Positions 48,000 through 63,585 of a DNA stretch of 64,000 nucleotides are shown in pieces (the first letter of the stretch is position 1; the number at the start of each line of letters is the position of its first letter). The notes below the pieces were generated by a model. That model made no database searches. It saw only the letters and a list, made by a program, of their open reading frames with translations, and was not told the DNA's origin. The DNA comes from Betaproteobacteria bacterium (lineage in GTDB: Bacteria > Pseudomonadota > Gammaproteobacteria > Burkholderiales > SG8-41): positions 3,243 to 67,242 of the forward strand of contig JBQTHU010000126.1 in NCBI GenBank assembly GCA_052389535.1. The letters run 5' to 3'. Position numbers and translations under genes: made by a program.

Positions 48000-49058
48000 T
48001 CAAGAACGATGAAAGGCCGGGCTCAGGTCGTGAACCGCATCAACCAACGCGCCCACATTATCCGGGTTTGTAAACTGCGAAATCCCGTGTCCCAGGTTGA
48101 AAACATGCCCGTGCCCAGGCCCGAAAGACGCCAGCACGCGGGCCGCTTGCTTGCGGATGATAACGGGCTCGGCGAAGAGCACCGCAGGATCGAGGTTGCC
48201 CTGCAAGGCGGCCCGCTCCCCTACGCGTTTGCGCGCCGTGGCGAGCTCGAGCGTCCAGTCTATGCCGATCGCATCGCAACCGGTGGCCGCTATATCCTCA
48301 ATCCAAACCCCCCCTCCTTTGGTGAAGACGATGGTTGGCGTGGACCGACCCGGGCCCGCTTTGATGCCTGTAACGACCCTGGTGAGGTAGGTCAGCGAAA
48401 ATTCACGAAAGGCCGGGGTGCTCAACATTCCGCCCCACGTGTCGAAAATCATCACGACATCGGCGCCCGCTTCTATTTGTGCGTTGAGGTAGGTGATGAC
48501 GGCTCGGCAGTTTAGGTCCAGAACGCGGTGCAGCAGGTCGGGGCGTCCGTAAAGCATGGCCTTCAGCGTCCGCCAATCCGCGCTGGTGCCGCCTTCTATC
48601 ATGTAGCAGGCGAGCGTGAAGGGGCTCCCCGAAAAACCGATGAGCGGTAGCCGTTCCGCCAACTCGCGCCGAACTTGGGCGACTGACTGCAGGACATAGG
48701 GGAGATGTTCCTTCGGCTCGGGCACGATGAGCTGGTCGACCTGCGATTCCTCGCGCAGGGGCCGAGCGAATTTAGGCCCCTCGCCCTCGACAAAATGCAA
48801 ACCCAGGCCCATGGCGTCGGGGATGGTGAGAATATCCGAGAAGACAATCGCGGCGTCGAGGGCAAATCGCTCGAGCGGTTGCAAGGTGACCTCGGTGCAA
48901 AGGTCGGGATTCCTGCATAGCCCGAGAAAACTCCCGGCCCGCGCGCGCGTCCTATTGTATTCGGGCAGATAGCGGCCGGCCTGACGCATGATCCAGACCG
49001 GAGTGTATGGAGTTGGCTGGCGCAGAAGGGCGCGGATGAAAACGTCGTTCTTCAGCAT
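48000..49058 (-). CDS. hemE: uroporphyrinogen decarboxylase
   Basis: [15 protein letters not shown] motif. The start is the ATG at 49058 ([12 protein letters not shown]), giving 352 aa. Confidence 0.93.
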   Translation of the reverse strand: MLKNDVFIRALLRQPTPYTPVWIMRQAGRYLPEYNRTRARAGSFLGLCRNPDLCTEVTLQPLERFALDAAIVFSDILTIPDAMGLGLHFVEGEGPKFARPLREESQVDQLIVPEPKEHLPYVLQSVAQVRRELAERLPLIGFSGSPFTLACYMIEGGTSADWRTLKAMLYGRPDLLHRVLDLNCRAVITYLNAQIEAGADVVMIFDTWGGMLSTPAFREFSLTYLTRVVTGIKAGPGRSTPTIVFTKGGGVWIEDIAATGCDAIGIDWTLELATARKRVGERAALQGNLDPAVLFAEPVIIRKQAARVLASFGPGHGHVFNLGHGISQFTNPDNVGALVDAVHDLSPAFHRS

Positions 49059-49131
49059 CGGAACCCGGCTCGGGGATATACGCTGCCGGCGAAGCACATA
49101 CCTGACGGGCGTGTCCCGCTCAGCGTTACCT

Positions 49132-50592
49132 TCAACGGGGCAGGTGCGACGTGCCCGACAGCAACTCGTCCACCGCCCGCGCGCACTGGCGACCCTCGCG
49201 GATCGCCCAGACCACCAGCGATTGGCCGCGCCGCATATCGCCTGCGGTGAAAACCTTGCCAGCCGAGGTTGCATAGCAGCGGTCGCCGTCCGTCGCAGCG
49301 CGCGCATTGCCGCGGGCGTCCTTTTCAACGCCGAACTCATCCAGCAGCGATTGAACAGGTGAGACGAAGCCCATGGCGAGTAGAACCAGATCGGCTGGGA
49401 TGGTAAATGCCGAGTCTGCGATTTCATGCGGCTTGCCGTCCCGCCACTCCAGCCGCACCGCTTTTAGCGCCCTGACCCTGCCCTTCTCGCCGATGAACTC
49501 CTTGGTGGCGATGGACCAGTCGCGCGCAACGCCTTCTTCATGCGAGGATGAAGTACGCAGCCGCGTAGGCCAGTACGGCCATACGGGATTGCGCTCGACG
49601 TCCGGAGGCATCGGCAACAGCTCGAACTGGGTGACCGACGCGCCGTGCCGGTTCGACGTGCCCACGCAATCCGAGCCGGTGTCACCGCCACCTATGATGA
49701 CGACGTGTTTGCCCGTTGCCGTCAATTCCGGAACGGCCTGGTCTCCGGCTACGCGCTTGTTCTGCAGGGGAAGGAACTCCATGGCGAAATGCACGCCGTC
49801 GAGGTTCCGGCCGGGAATCGGCAGATCGCGCGGCTGCTCGGCACCGCCGGCCAGCACCACGGCGTCGTATTGTTCAAGAAGCTGCGCCGGCGCTGCAAGT
49901 TCGTTCGCCCAGTCCACCACGCCTTTGCCGGGTCGGCTGTTCCCGACGCAAATACCGGTGCGGAAAGTCACCCCTTCCATTTCCATCTGCGAGAGGCGCC
50001 GATCGATGACCCACTTCTCCAGCTTGAAATCCGGGATGCCGTAGCGAAGCAGCCCGCCGGCGCGGTCGTTCTTTTCGAATACCGTGACCGCATGGCCCGC
50101 GCGCGCAAGCTGTTGCGCACAGGCGAGCCCGGCCGGGCCCGAGCCGACGACCGCCACGCACTTGCCGCTCTTGTGCGGAGCGGGCTGCGGCTGCACCCAG
50201 CCTTCCTCCCAGGCGCGGTCGATAATCGCGTGTTCCAGCGACTTGATGCCGACGGGATCGTCGATGATGCGAAGCACGCACGCTTCCTCGCACGGTGCCG
50301 GGCATACCCGGCCCGTGAACTCCGGAAAATTGTTGGTGGAATGCAGCGTCTCGATGGCCGCCTTCCAGTCCTGCCGATAGACGAGGTCGTTGAAGTCGGG
50401 AATGATGTTGTTCACCGGACACCCGCTCATGCAGAACGGGATGCCGCAATCCATGCAGCGCGCACCCTGGATGCCTGCCTGATCATCGCTGAGACGCGGA
50501 ATGAATTCCCGGAAATGCCGCCTGCGCTGCTCGGGCGCCTCGTGCGGCTCCTCGACACGACGGTACTCCATGAAACCGGTGATCTTGCCCAT
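49132..50592 (-). CDS. gltD: glutamate synthase small subunit
   Basis: 486 aa. Fe-S cysteine clusters and two dinucleotide-binding folds ([25 protein letters not shown]). Confidence 0.93.
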   Translation of the reverse strand: MGKITGFMEYRRVEEPHEAPEQRRRHFREFIPRLSDDQAGIQGARCMDCGIPFCMSGCPVNNIIPDFNDLVYRQDWKAAIETLHSTNNFPEFTGRVCPAPCEEACVLRIIDDPVGIKSLEHAIIDRAWEEGWVQPQPAPHKSGKCVAVVGSGPAGLACAQQLARAGHAVTVFEKNDRAGGLLRYGIPDFKLEKWVIDRRLSQMEMEGVTFRTGICVGNSRPGKGVVDWANELAAPAQLLEQYDAVVLAGGAEQPRDLPIPGRNLDGVHFAMEFLPLQNKRVAGDQAVPELTATGKHVVIIGGGDTGSDCVGTSNRHGASVTQFELLPMPPDVERNPVWPYWPTRLRTSSSHEEGVARDWSIATKEFIGEKGRVRALKAVRLEWRDGKPHEIADSAFTIPADLVLLAMGFVSPVQSLLDEFGVEKDARGNARAATDGDRCYATSAGKVFTAGDMRRGQSLVVWAIREGRQCARAVDELLSGTSHLPR

Positions 50593-50646
50593 GCTCGCTG
50601 ACGCTCTAGAGTAGGGAGGGGTGCCCGGTAACGGCCGGCATCGCGC

Positions 50647-55302
<4,656 letters not shown>

Positions 55303-55456
55303 CACATACCCTCGCAAACTGTGATGGACCAGGTGCCGGACGGCTTTGCTGCAAAGCAGCAAAGCGCAGCCGATACCCAGCCAGTTTTCTGGCGAAAGCC
55401 CTTAAGTCTACCTGCTTCAAGGGCTTGCCACAACGACAATTTATGTTGGCGGGCGC

Positions 55457-56587
55457 TTACACCGGATCGTGCGTGGGCACGGCAAACAGGCGCCGGTGTT
55501 CCAGCAGCGCGTAGCGGTCGGTCATGCCGGCAATGTAGTCCGCGATCGCGCGTGGGGTATCTTCGGAGGCTCTGACCTGAAACTCCGGCGGTAACAGCCG
55601 CGGGTCGGAGTGGAAAGCCTGGAAGAGCTCGGAGACCACCCGGCGTGACTTGGCGCTCATGCGCGCCACCCGGAAGTGCTGGTACAGATGCGACCTCAGG
55701 AAGCGCTTCAGTTCCTGCTGGTCACGTTGTAGCGCGTCGCTGAACGCCACCAGCGGCGGCGCGAGCCGGACGTCCTCCACACTGCGCGGCCTGTGCGAGC
55801 GGATGTTTCTTTCAGTCTGCCGCACCAAGTCCGTCACCAGCGTATCTATCATGCGGCGCACCGTTTCGTGCACGAGGCGCCGCCCGGCAAGCTCCGGGAA
55901 ATCGCTCCGCGCGGCTTTCATGTGGCGCGCGAAAATCGTCACCTCCGCCAGCCGGTCGAGATCCAGCAGACCCGAACGCAAGCCGTCGTCGACATCGTGG
56001 TTGTTATAGGCGATTTCGTCAGCGACGTTCGCCAGTTGCGCTTCCAGGGAAGGGCGCTCTTTTCGAATGAAGCGCGCCCCCACGTCGCCCAGCGTGCGCG
56101 CGATACGCACGGAACAATGCTTCAATATCCCTTCGCGCGCCTCGAATGTGAGGTTCAGTCCATCGAAGCCGCCGTAGCGTTGTTCCAGAACGTCCACTAC
56201 CCGCAGACTCTGCAGGTTGTGCTCGAAGCCGCCATAGGGCTTCATGCAGGCGTTGAGCGCATCCTGTCCGGCATGGCCGAAAGGAGTGTGGCCGAGATCG
56301 TGCGCGAGCGCGATGGCTTCGGTGAGGTCCTCATCGAGGCGCAGCCTTCGCGCGATGGAACGCCCGATCTGGGCCACTTCCAGACTGTGCGTCAGCCGGG
56401 TGCGGAACAGATCGCCCTCGTGATTGACGAAGACCTGCGTCTTGTATTCGAGGCGCCGGAACGCCGTGGAATGGATGATGCGATCGCGGTCGCGCTGAAA
56501 TTCGGTTCTGCCCCGGGGCGGGGGCTCCGGGTAGCGGCGGCCGCGTGTCGCGTCCGGAGCAGCGGCATAGGGTGCGCGCTCGGGCAT
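55457..56587 (-). CDS. dgt: dGTP triphosphohydrolase-like HD-domain protein
   Basis: [24 protein letters not shown] and HD motifs ([16 protein letters not shown]). Confidence 0.85.
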   Translation of the reverse strand: MPERAPYAAAPDATRGRRYPEPPPRGRTEFQRDRDRIIHSTAFRRLEYKTQVFVNHEGDLFRTRLTHSLEVAQIGRSIARRLRLDEDLTEAIALAHDLGHTPFGHAGQDALNACMKPYGGFEHNLQSLRVVDVLEQRYGGFDGLNLTFEAREGILKHCSVRIARTLGDVGARFIRKERPSLEAQLANVADEIAYNNHDVDDGLRSGLLDLDRLAEVTIFARHMKAARSDFPELAGRRLVHETVRRMIDTLVTDLVRQTERNIRSHRPRSVEDVRLAPPLVAFSDALQRDQQELKRFLRSHLYQHFRVARMSAKSRRVVSELFQAFHSDPRLLPPEFQVRASEDTPRAIADYIAGMTDRYALLEHRRLFAVPTHDPV

Positions 56588-56592
56588 TCAGT

Positions 56593-57666
56593 TCAGTAAT
56601 CGAGCGCGGCGCGCAGCGCCGACCGCGGCACGTCGTCCGCGATCTGGGCATTTCCGATCCCGCGCAGCAGGATGAAGCGGATTTTGCCGCCTTCGACTTT
56701 TTTGTCGTGGCCCATCAACTCGAGATAGCGGTCGAAGCCCAGATCCGGCCGCACGACGGGCAGTTTTGCACGGGACAATACCTCGATGACGCGCCGGGTC
56801 TCGCCGGCCGCGAGCATGCCCAGGCACTCCGACAGCCGGGCTGCGATCACCATGCCGCAGGCGACCGCTTCTCCGTGCAGCCATGTGCCATAGCCGAGTC
56901 CGGCTTCTATGGCGTGGCCGAAGGTGTGACCGTAATTGAGCAGCGCCCTCGGGCCGGTTTCCCGTTCGTCAAGCCCAACGATCTCCGCCTTGTTCCGGCA
57001 TGAGGTCACGATCGCGTGCTCCAGGGCTTCCGGCTCGCGCCGGTGGAGCTGGGGGAGGTGCTGCTCCAGCCACTCGAAGAACCTGGCGTCTCCGATCAGG
57101 CCATACTTGACGACCTCGGCGATCCCGGCGCTCAATTCTCGGTCCGGCAGCGTGTTGAGCGCGTCCGTATCGGCCACCACGGCAAGCGGCTGGTAAAAAG
57201 CCCCGATCATGTTTTTGCCGCGCACATGGTTGATCGCCGTCTTGCCGCCTACAGCGGAGTCGACCTGCGCCAGCAGCGTCGTAGGAAGCTGGATGTAGGG
57301 GACGCCGCGTTGATAGACGGCCGCTGCAAACCCGGCCAGGTCTCCCACCACGCCCCCACCCAAAGCAAGAATGGCTGTTTTGCGCTCGCAGCGTTCCTCG
57401 ATCAGGGCGTCGAAAATCCGGTTGAGGGTCTCGGCGGTTTTGTAGACTTCGCCATCGGGCAGCACGATGCGGACCACAGAAACGCCTTGGGATGCGAGTG
57501 CGCGGCACAAAGGCTCAAGATAAAGCGGTGCGACGATGGCATTGGTCACCACAGCGAGCTTGCGCTGCAATAGATGCGCCGAAATCAGCTCCGGTTGCCC
57601 GAGCAGCCCTGCTCCGACATGAATCGGGTAGCTGCGGCCTCCCAAAGGCACGGTCAGCGTTTGCAT
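56593..57666 (-). CDS. aroB: 3-dehydroquinate synthase
   Basis: [14 protein letters not shown] and metal-binding H..GH motifs. The start is the ATG at 57666, with GAGGAG upstream. Confidence 0.92.
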   Translation of the reverse strand: MQTLTVPLGGRSYPIHVGAGLLGQPELISAHLLQRKLAVVTNAIVAPLYLEPLCRALASQGVSVVRIVLPDGEVYKTAETLNRIFDALIEERCERKTAILALGGGVVGDLAGFAAAVYQRGVPYIQLPTTLLAQVDSAVGGKTAINHVRGKNMIGAFYQPLAVVADTDALNTLPDRELSAGIAEVVKYGLIGDARFFEWLEQHLPQLHRREPEALEHAIVTSCRNKAEIVGLDERETGPRALLNYGHTFGHAIEAGLGYGTWLHGEAVACGMVIAARLSECLGMLAAGETRRVIEVLSRAKLPVVRPDLGFDRYLELMGHDKKVEGGKIRFILLRGIGNAQIADDVPRSALRAALDY

Positions 57667-58256
57667 CGGTACTCCTCGCCAGCAGGCAGATGCGCCTCGG
57701 AGCCGCGCAGCCGGGTGAGTCGCGACTCCAGCCTGTGCGCAAGAGCGGCCACAGTCTGATTTCCGGTGTCGATTACGAGGTCGGCGACCTCCCTGTAGAG
57801 CGGGTCGCGCTCCTGGAACAGGTCGTGCAATTTCGAAAGCGGATCCGCCGTCTGCAGCAGGGGGCGGTTCCTGTCGTGCCGCGTACGTAACCATAAGTCG
57901 CGCGGCGCGGCGCGCAGGTAGACAACGGTGCCGTGCCCGGTCAGCAGGCGGCGATTCTGCTCGGAGAGCACTACGCCGCCGCCGGTGGCCAGGACGATGT
58001 CCTGTCGCCGGGCCAGCTCGGCCAGGGCTTTGGTTTCACGCGCGCGGAAACCGGCCTCTCCCTCGATCTCGAAAACCAGCGGGATCTTGACACCGGTACT
58101 GCGTTCGATCTCGTGATCGGTGTCGTAGAACGTCTTGTGCAGCCGGCGCGCCAAGGTGCGGCCGACCGACGTCTTCCCGGCGCCCATGAGCCCGACGAGA
58201 AATACGTTGCCGGGGATGCCGTCGCGTCGCGGTGCAGTTTCGATGGCTTCGCCCAT
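57654..58256 (-). CDS. aroK: shikimate kinase
   Basis: P-loop [12 protein letters not shown] and ATGGG motif. It overlaps the aroB start by 13 nt. Confidence 0.9.
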   Translation of the reverse strand: MGEAIETAPRRDGIPGNVFLVGLMGAGKTSVGRTLARRLHKTFYDTDHEIERSTGVKIPLVFEIEGEAGFRARETKALAELARRQDIVLATGGGVVLSEQNRRLLTGHGTVVYLRAAPRDLWLRTRHDRNRPLLQTADPLSKLHDLFQERDPLYREVADLVIDTGNQTVAALAHRLESRLTRLRGSEAHLPAGEEYRCKR

Positions 58257-58303
58257 ACCGCGATTCTAACGGAATGGCTCCGGCGGCGACCGAGCGGGCG
58301 CCC

Positions 58304-58333
58304 AAAGAAAAAGAGCGGCCGGAGCCGCTCTTT
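58304..58333 (-). terminator. rho-independent terminator downstream of pilQ
   Basis: The minus strand reads AAAGAGCGGC-TCCG-GCCGCTCTTT followed by TTCTTTGGG. This is a perfect 10-bp stem, a 4-nt loop and a U-rich tail, 17 nt after the pilQ stop. Confidence 0.65.
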
Positions 58334-58350
58334 CAGTGCTGGTGAAAACC

Positions 58351-60495
58351 CTACTGGCGCTGGGTCAGCGTTTCCTTGAGGATTCGGGGCGTAATGAATA
58401 TCAGCAGCTCGCGCCGGTCATCGGTCTTAAGATTGTTCTTGAACAGGAATCCGACGTAGGGAAGATCGCCCAGCACCGGAATCTTGTTCGTCGTGGACCG
58501 TTCTTCCTGCGTGTAGATTCCGCCGATCACCACCGTGCCGCCATTCTCCACGAGAACCTCGGTGGTGACCTGTTTCGTGTCGATGGACGGCGCACTGCCG
58601 GTGCCGGTCGCGACGATCTGGCCGACGCTGTCCTTGTTGATGCGCAGGCTCATGATGACGTTGTCGTCAGGCGTGATCTGCGGCTTTACCTTGAGCGACA
58701 GCGTGGCTTTCTTGAAGCTGACGGACGTGGCACCGCTCGAGGTCGACTGCTGGTAAGGGATCTCGGTGCCCTGTTCGATGATCGCTTCGTTCTTGTCGGC
58801 GGTGATCACGCGCGGGCTGGAGATGATCTTGCCCTTGCCGTCGGCTTGCAAGGCGGAAACCTCCAAGGCGAGAAGCCGGGTGAGATCCTTGTTGAACATG
58901 AGCAGGGAAAATAGCCCGGCCGGGGCGCCGGCTATGTTCGGCGCGGGCAGATTGACGTTCAACGAGCCCGGTACCAGTGTCGGCGTCCCCTGCACGAAAC
59001 CTTGCAACTGCCCCGTTGTTGTGAGATCAGCGCCTATACCTGCTCGCACGCCGCCGATATCACGCGCGTTCGCCACCAGGCGGTTATCCTCGCTGAACCC
59101 GAATCGGACACCGAGGTTACGGCTGAAGGTGTCTGCCGCTTCCACGATACGCGACTCGATCATCACTTGGCGCACGGGAATGTCGATCAGGCGGATCAGC
59201 CTGCGGACTTCTTCCAGGCGCGTCGGGGTGTCCTGAACAAACACGGTGTTGGTTCGGGCGTCCACGACCGCGCTGCCGCGCTTGGACAGAATGCGTTGCG
59301 TCCCCGCGCTCAGGAACGTCTGCACATCCTGGGCCTTCTGGTAATTAAGCTGGAAGCTTTCCGTGTGTGTCGGCTCGAGCTCGGAAATCTGCTGCCGCGC
59401 CTCGAGCGCGAGCTTCTCGCGGGTTGCCAGTTCGTCACGCGGCGCGATCCATACGACGTTGCCCGATTTGCGCTTGTCCAAACCTTTTGCCTGCAGGATG
59501 ATGTCGAGTGCCTGGTCCCACGGGACATCCTTGAGCCGCAGCGTCAGGCTGCCGCTGACCGTGTCGCTGGTGATGATGTTGAGTCCCGTGAAGTCGGCAA
59601 GGACCTGCAGCACCGCGCGCACTTCCACGTTCTGGAAATTGAGCGAGATCTTCTCACCCTGATAACCGGGCCGGCTGCTCTGTACGAGGCGATTCGGGTC
59701 CTCGACCAACTGCTTCACCTCGATGATGAAGCGATTGTCCGTCTGGTACGCCGAGTGCTCCCAGTTGCCGCGGGGCGTGATCACCAGGCGCGCGTTGTTG
59801 CCCTGCGTAAGCGCGTCTACCGTCTGCACCGGCGTGCCGAAATCGGTCACGTCCAGGCGCCGCTCCAGGTTCTTGGGCAACCCGGCATTGATGAAATCTA
59901 CGATGACCGACTTGCCCTGCTGGCGGATGTCGATGCCGACGGCGTTGTCGGACAGATCGACAACGATGCGGCCCTCGCCGTTTCCGCCGCGGCGGAAATC
60001 AATGTCGCGCACGCTATGACGCTGGTCGGCCGGGCTGGGCTTGGCAAACTGCTGGGCGAGCGGTGTCCCGGTGCTCGCCGAAGCGGTGTCCTGCAGCGTA
60101 ATGAGGACCGTGCGTCCATCCACACGAGCGTCGTAGCTCAATCCGCGGGCCAGTTCCAGCACCATGCGGGTGCGGCCGCTCGCCTGTACGACGTTGATGC
60201 GCCGCAGGTCGCCGCCGCTCACGTCCTGCACGTTGCGCCCCGAGGCGTTGGTCGTGTTGGGAAAGTCGAAGGCGATGCGGGGCGGATTGGCAATCGAAAA
60301 GCCGGCGGGCGGCGCAGCCGGCGGCGCCTTGAGCGTAACGCGGACCGTCGTTCTTCCCCCCTGCTGCGGCGACACCTCGATGGTTTCGATGGCATTTTCC
60401 TGCGCGCCGGCCGGTCCGGGGAAGGCGAAAGCCAGGACAGCAATGATTGCGCCCAACGCGCTAAAAAACCCGAGTGCGGAGTGTTTCGTATTCAT
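58351..60495 (-). CDS. pilQ: type IV pilus secretin PilQ
   Basis: 714 aa. Signal peptide, AMIN-like N-terminal repeats and a C-terminal secretin domain (PVLGDLPYVGFLFK). Confidence 0.93.
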   Translation of the reverse strand: MNTKHSALGFFSALGAIIAVLAFAFPGPAGAQENAIETIEVSPQQGGRTTVRVTLKAPPAAPPAGFSIANPPRIAFDFPNTTNASGRNVQDVSGGDLRRINVVQASGRTRMVLELARGLSYDARVDGRTVLITLQDTASASTGTPLAQQFAKPSPADQRHSVRDIDFRRGGNGEGRIVVDLSDNAVGIDIRQQGKSVIVDFINAGLPKNLERRLDVTDFGTPVQTVDALTQGNNARLVITPRGNWEHSAYQTDNRFIIEVKQLVEDPNRLVQSSRPGYQGEKISLNFQNVEVRAVLQVLADFTGLNIITSDTVSGSLTLRLKDVPWDQALDIILQAKGLDKRKSGNVVWIAPRDELATREKLALEARQQISELEPTHTESFQLNYQKAQDVQTFLSAGTQRILSKRGSAVVDARTNTVFVQDTPTRLEEVRRLIRLIDIPVRQVMIESRIVEAADTFSRNLGVRFGFSEDNRLVANARDIGGVRAGIGADLTTTGQLQGFVQGTPTLVPGSLNVNLPAPNIAGAPAGLFSLLMFNKDLTRLLALEVSALQADGKGKIISSPRVITADKNEAIIEQGTEIPYQQSTSSGATSVSFKKATLSLKVKPQITPDDNVIMSLRINKDSVGQIVATGTGSAPSIDTKQVTTEVLVENGGTVVIGGIYTQEERSTTNKIPVLGDLPYVGFLFKNNLKTDDRRELLIFITPRILKETLTQRQ

Positions 60496-61025
60496 CTTTT
60501 TGCCTCCAATTCATCGAGCAGCTGCAGCGCCTGGTCTTTTTCCTCCCAGCTGCCTGTGCTGTCCTGGACGATTTCCTTCAACGCAATGGTGGTCTCGCTG
60601 ATTGCCACGATACGGCCGAAATTCTGGCCGATGTAATTGCCGGACCTCACGCGAAACAGGTTGTTGTCAGGCGTCTTGACCAGCGCGTGCATGACCTTCT
60701 GCTGCTGCAGCGTGCCGACCATCTTGAGGTTCTCCAGCGGATACGCTTCGAGCGGCTCTTTGCGCCGGTTGAAATCGGGTTGTATGCCGCCTGCGCCCGC
60801 GACCGCCTTGGGCGGGACGATCTTGCGGGGCTTGAACGGATCCACCAGGTCGTATGCGTCGTAGCTGAAGGCCTCGTAAGGCTTCACTTCCGGCAGCGGC
60901 GGGATACGTCCCGGCGGCAGCTTATCGGAGTCCTTGACAAACTTCTTCACTTGATCGAGATGCCGGTCGCCGCATCCTGCGACCGCCAGGCACCCGAGCA
61001 GAACTATCACCGTGGTCCGCATCAC
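60492..61025 (-). CDS. pilP: type IV pilus assembly lipoprotein PilP
   Basis: Lipobox LAVAGC, 177 aa, located between pilO and pilQ. Confidence 0.85.
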   Translation of the reverse strand: MMRTTVIVLLGCLAVAGCGDRHLDQVKKFVKDSDKLPPGRIPPLPEVKPYEAFSYDAYDLVDPFKPRKIVPPKAVAGAGGIQPDFNRRKEPLEAYPLENLKMVGTLQQQKVMHALVKTPDNNLFRVRSGNYIGQNFGRIVAISETTIALKEIVQDSTGSWEEKDQALQLLDELEAKR

Positions 61026-61651
61026 CGTTTCACCCCCGGCTTCGGCTTGGCGGCCTTGCGCTGCGCTGCGAGTTCCGCCTCGTCCAAATAGCGGAAGGTC
61101 TTGGCCGTAGCATCCATCACCAGGCCGTCCTTCGCTGTTGTCAGTGCAATGTCGTTCAGCGTCACGATGCGCGAGAGCTTGCCGATATCGCTCGCAAAAG
61201 CCCCTATGTCATGATAGCTGCCGGTTATCCGAATGGTGATCGGGAGTTCGGCGTAGAAATCCCGCCTCGTCTCGCCGGACGCGGGCCGGAACAGCTCGAA
61301 CTGGAGGCCCCTTCCCAGCCCTGCCTGATTGATATCTATCAGGAGTGCGTCCATTTCGGATTTGCCGGGCAGTTGCTTGAGCAGGGTGCCGAACTGCTGT
61401 TCTATGTCGTCCAGGCGTTTCTTGTACAGCGGCAGATCGATGGCGAGCTTTTTCTTGTCGATGAAAGTGGCGCGCAACTTCTCTTCCTTCTGCTCTTCCG
61501 CCTTGATCTGCTCGATCTGATGCTGCCAGTCGAACCAGTAGCTGGCGAATATGATCAACACCAGAACCAGCGCCAGCACGCCGAGTTTGGGCAGTACCGG
61601 CCAAGCCCCGATCTTCTTCGGATCCAGCCTTCTCAGTTCTTCGAGTGTCAT
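61022..61651 (-). CDS. pilO: type IV pilus assembly protein PilO
   Basis: Bitopic protein with a coiled coil. Its size and position in pilMNOPQ fit. Confidence 0.85.
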   Translation of the reverse strand: MTLEELRRLDPKKIGAWPVLPKLGVLALVLVLIIFASYWFDWQHQIEQIKAEEQKEEKLRATFIDKKKLAIDLPLYKKRLDDIEQQFGTLLKQLPGKSEMDALLIDINQAGLGRGLQFELFRPASGETRRDFYAELPITIRITGSYHDIGAFASDIGKLSRIVTLNDIALTTAKDGLVMDATAKTFRYLDEAELAAQRKAAKPKPGVKR

Positions 61652-61656
61652 GGCGT

Positions 61657-62250
61657 CTAGCTCCGTGCCGGCTTGGCGGCCGGCTTACCCGGCGCGGCCT
61701 CGGGTTTGGGGCGCGAAATGTTGATCGTCAGGGTGAACTCGTTGGTGCGCGCACCGGCAGCTTGTGCCGACTTCACCTCCACCAGGCCGGGGCCCTCGAG
61801 ATGCGGCGAGGATTCAAGGTTGCGCATCAACGTCGACACCCTTGCCTGAGACTGCGTGTAGCCGTTGATCGTCACTCGTCCGCCCGTCTGTTTCACGGCC
61901 CGGAAGTAAACGCCTTCGGGGATCTGCCGCACGAGCTGGTCAAGGAGATGAACCACCTCGGAACGATTGGCCTGCAACTCTTCCACGACGCGCTTGCGCT
62001 CGAGGAGCGCAGCGGTCTGCTCCTTCAGCTTGTTGATCTCCGCGATCTGCTTGTCGAGTTTAGCAATCTCGTCTTGCAGGTACTTGTTGCGCGCCTGCTG
62101 GTCGCTCAGTTGCCCGGCGAGATAGCCGTATGAGACGGCGAACCATATGGCGGCGCCGATGGCCGCCACCGCGCCAAGCATGATGAAGAAATGCTGCTGC
62201 TGACGCTTGCGGCGTATCTCCCGGTGTGGGAGGAGGTTTATACGGATCAT
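61657..62250 (-). CDS. pilN: type IV pilus assembly protein PilN
   Basis: The conserved N-terminal INLLPHRE motif followed by a transmembrane segment. Confidence 0.88.
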   Translation of the reverse strand: MIRINLLPHREIRRKRQQQHFFIMLGAVAAIGAAIWFAVSYGYLAGQLSDQQARNKYLQDEIAKLDKQIAEINKLKEQTAALLERKRVVEELQANRSEVVHLLDQLVRQIPEGVYFRAVKQTGGRVTINGYTQSQARVSTLMRNLESSPHLEGPGLVEVKSAQAAGARTNEFTLTINISRPKPEAAPGKPAAKPARS

Positions 62251-63353
62251 GGATCGAATCTCCGCATCGCGAGGCCACAGGCGACCATCAACAAAGGCGC
62301 ATCCTGCGCGAGGCTCTTGGGCTTGATGCGCGAGGACAACGCCATGTTCGCGAAGGGATTCGCGACCACGGTATTGACCTGCGTGCGTCTGGTCACGGCG
62401 ACGTCGACGCCGGGTATCGCGGCGCAGCCGCCGGACAGTACGATATGGTTGACCTGGCTGTATTGCGTCGACGTGAAGAAGAACTGGAGCGCACGCGCGA
62501 CCTCGAGCGCCAGCATGTCCAGAAACGGCTGCAGAACCTCGGAGTCGTAGCTCTCGGGCAGCCCGCCCGCGCGCTTTGCCGCCTCGGCTTCCTCGGGCGA
62601 CATGCCATAACGGTTCTGGATTTCCGTCGTCAGCTGATTGCCGCCGAACGGCTGCTCGCGCATGTATATCGATTGGCCGTTGCGCAGCACGTTCACGTTC
62701 ATGACGCTGGCGCCGACGTCCACTATGGCGATGTTCTGATCCTTGCCCTTGTCGGGGAACTGGCTCTCGACAAGATTAAGTGCGGCCTGGCTCGCAAAGA
62801 TGTCGACATCCATGACGACCGCCTTGAGTCCCGCTACTTCCGCCGCGGCGATACGGTCCTCGATTTTTTCCTTGCGCGAGGCCGCGATGAGGACTTCCAC
62901 ATCCTCGGGACTCGTGGTTGAGGCTCCGAGCACATGGAAATCCAGGTTCACCTCGTCAAGTGCGAATGGAATGTACTGATTGGCTTCGGTTTCGACCTGC
63001 AGCTCGAGATCCTCCTCGGGCTGACCGGCTGGAACCAGAATTTTCTTGGTGATGACGGCGGCGCTCGGCAGCGCCATCGCGACATTTTTGATTCCACTCC
63101 CCAGACGCTTATGGCAGCGCTTCAGCGCCTCGCTCACCGCATCCAGGTTGTTGATGTTTCCGTCGACGACGGATTCCTTAGGCAGTGGTTCGACGGCGTA
63201 GCGCTCGACCCGAAAAACGCCCTTGCCTGCTTCGGAAATCTCCACCATCTTGACCGCGGATGAACTGATATCGGTCCCGATCAAAGGTGGCGTTTTCGGC
63301 TTGAACAGCCCCTCCAGCGCCTCCAAGTTGATGTTCAGTTTTCCCTTGAGCAT
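62247..63353 (-). CDS. pilM: type IV pilus assembly ATPase-fold protein PilM
   Basis: Actin-like fold (IGTDISSSAVKMVE, GGCAAIPG). 368 aa. Confidence 0.9.
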   Translation of the reverse strand: MLKGKLNINLEALEGLFKPKTPPLIGTDISSSAVKMVEISEAGKGVFRVERYAVEPLPKESVVDGNINNLDAVSEALKRCHKRLGSGIKNVAMALPSAAVITKKILVPAGQPEEDLELQVETEANQYIPFALDEVNLDFHVLGASTTSPEDVEVLIAASRKEKIEDRIAAAEVAGLKAVVMDVDIFASQAALNLVESQFPDKGKDQNIAIVDVGASVMNVNVLRNGQSIYMREQPFGGNQLTTEIQNRYGMSPEEAEAAKRAGGLPESYDSEVLQPFLDMLALEVARALQFFFTSTQYSQVNHIVLSGGCAAIPGVDVAVTRRTQVNTVVANPFANMALSSRIKPKSLAQDAPLLMVACGLAMRRFDP

Positions 63354-63585
63354 AAGTTTGTTGGGCAGAAAGCCTTATAGTTTACTTTAAATACTAGCAA
63401 CAACTACACAGGGTGTAAAGCGTTTTGTTTTTATTTACGGAAGCCGCTCTACCCCTATAATGAGCGGCCTGCGTAATATAACCTACACTGCATGAATTTC
63501 GGGCGCTTTGCAACGCCTTATGTCGCGCGGGCGTGGTAAAAAAACCACGCCGGGTTCGCGGTCGGAAGCTCATTAGAGACACCAC

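Noticed and set aside
55396-55426. An 8-bp inverted repeat, AAGCCCTT / AAGGGCTT, between dgt and gltB.
   Set aside because: The loop is 15 nt and there is no U tract on the minus strand. It may be structural, but the evidence is insufficient to call a terminator or regulatory RNA.
63394-63585. A 63-aa minus-strand ORF filling the pilM-ponA spacer.
   Set aside because: It has no ribosome-binding site, odd composition (ending CSCC) and coincides exactly with a regulatory-looking A+T-rich spacer. It is most likely non-coding.
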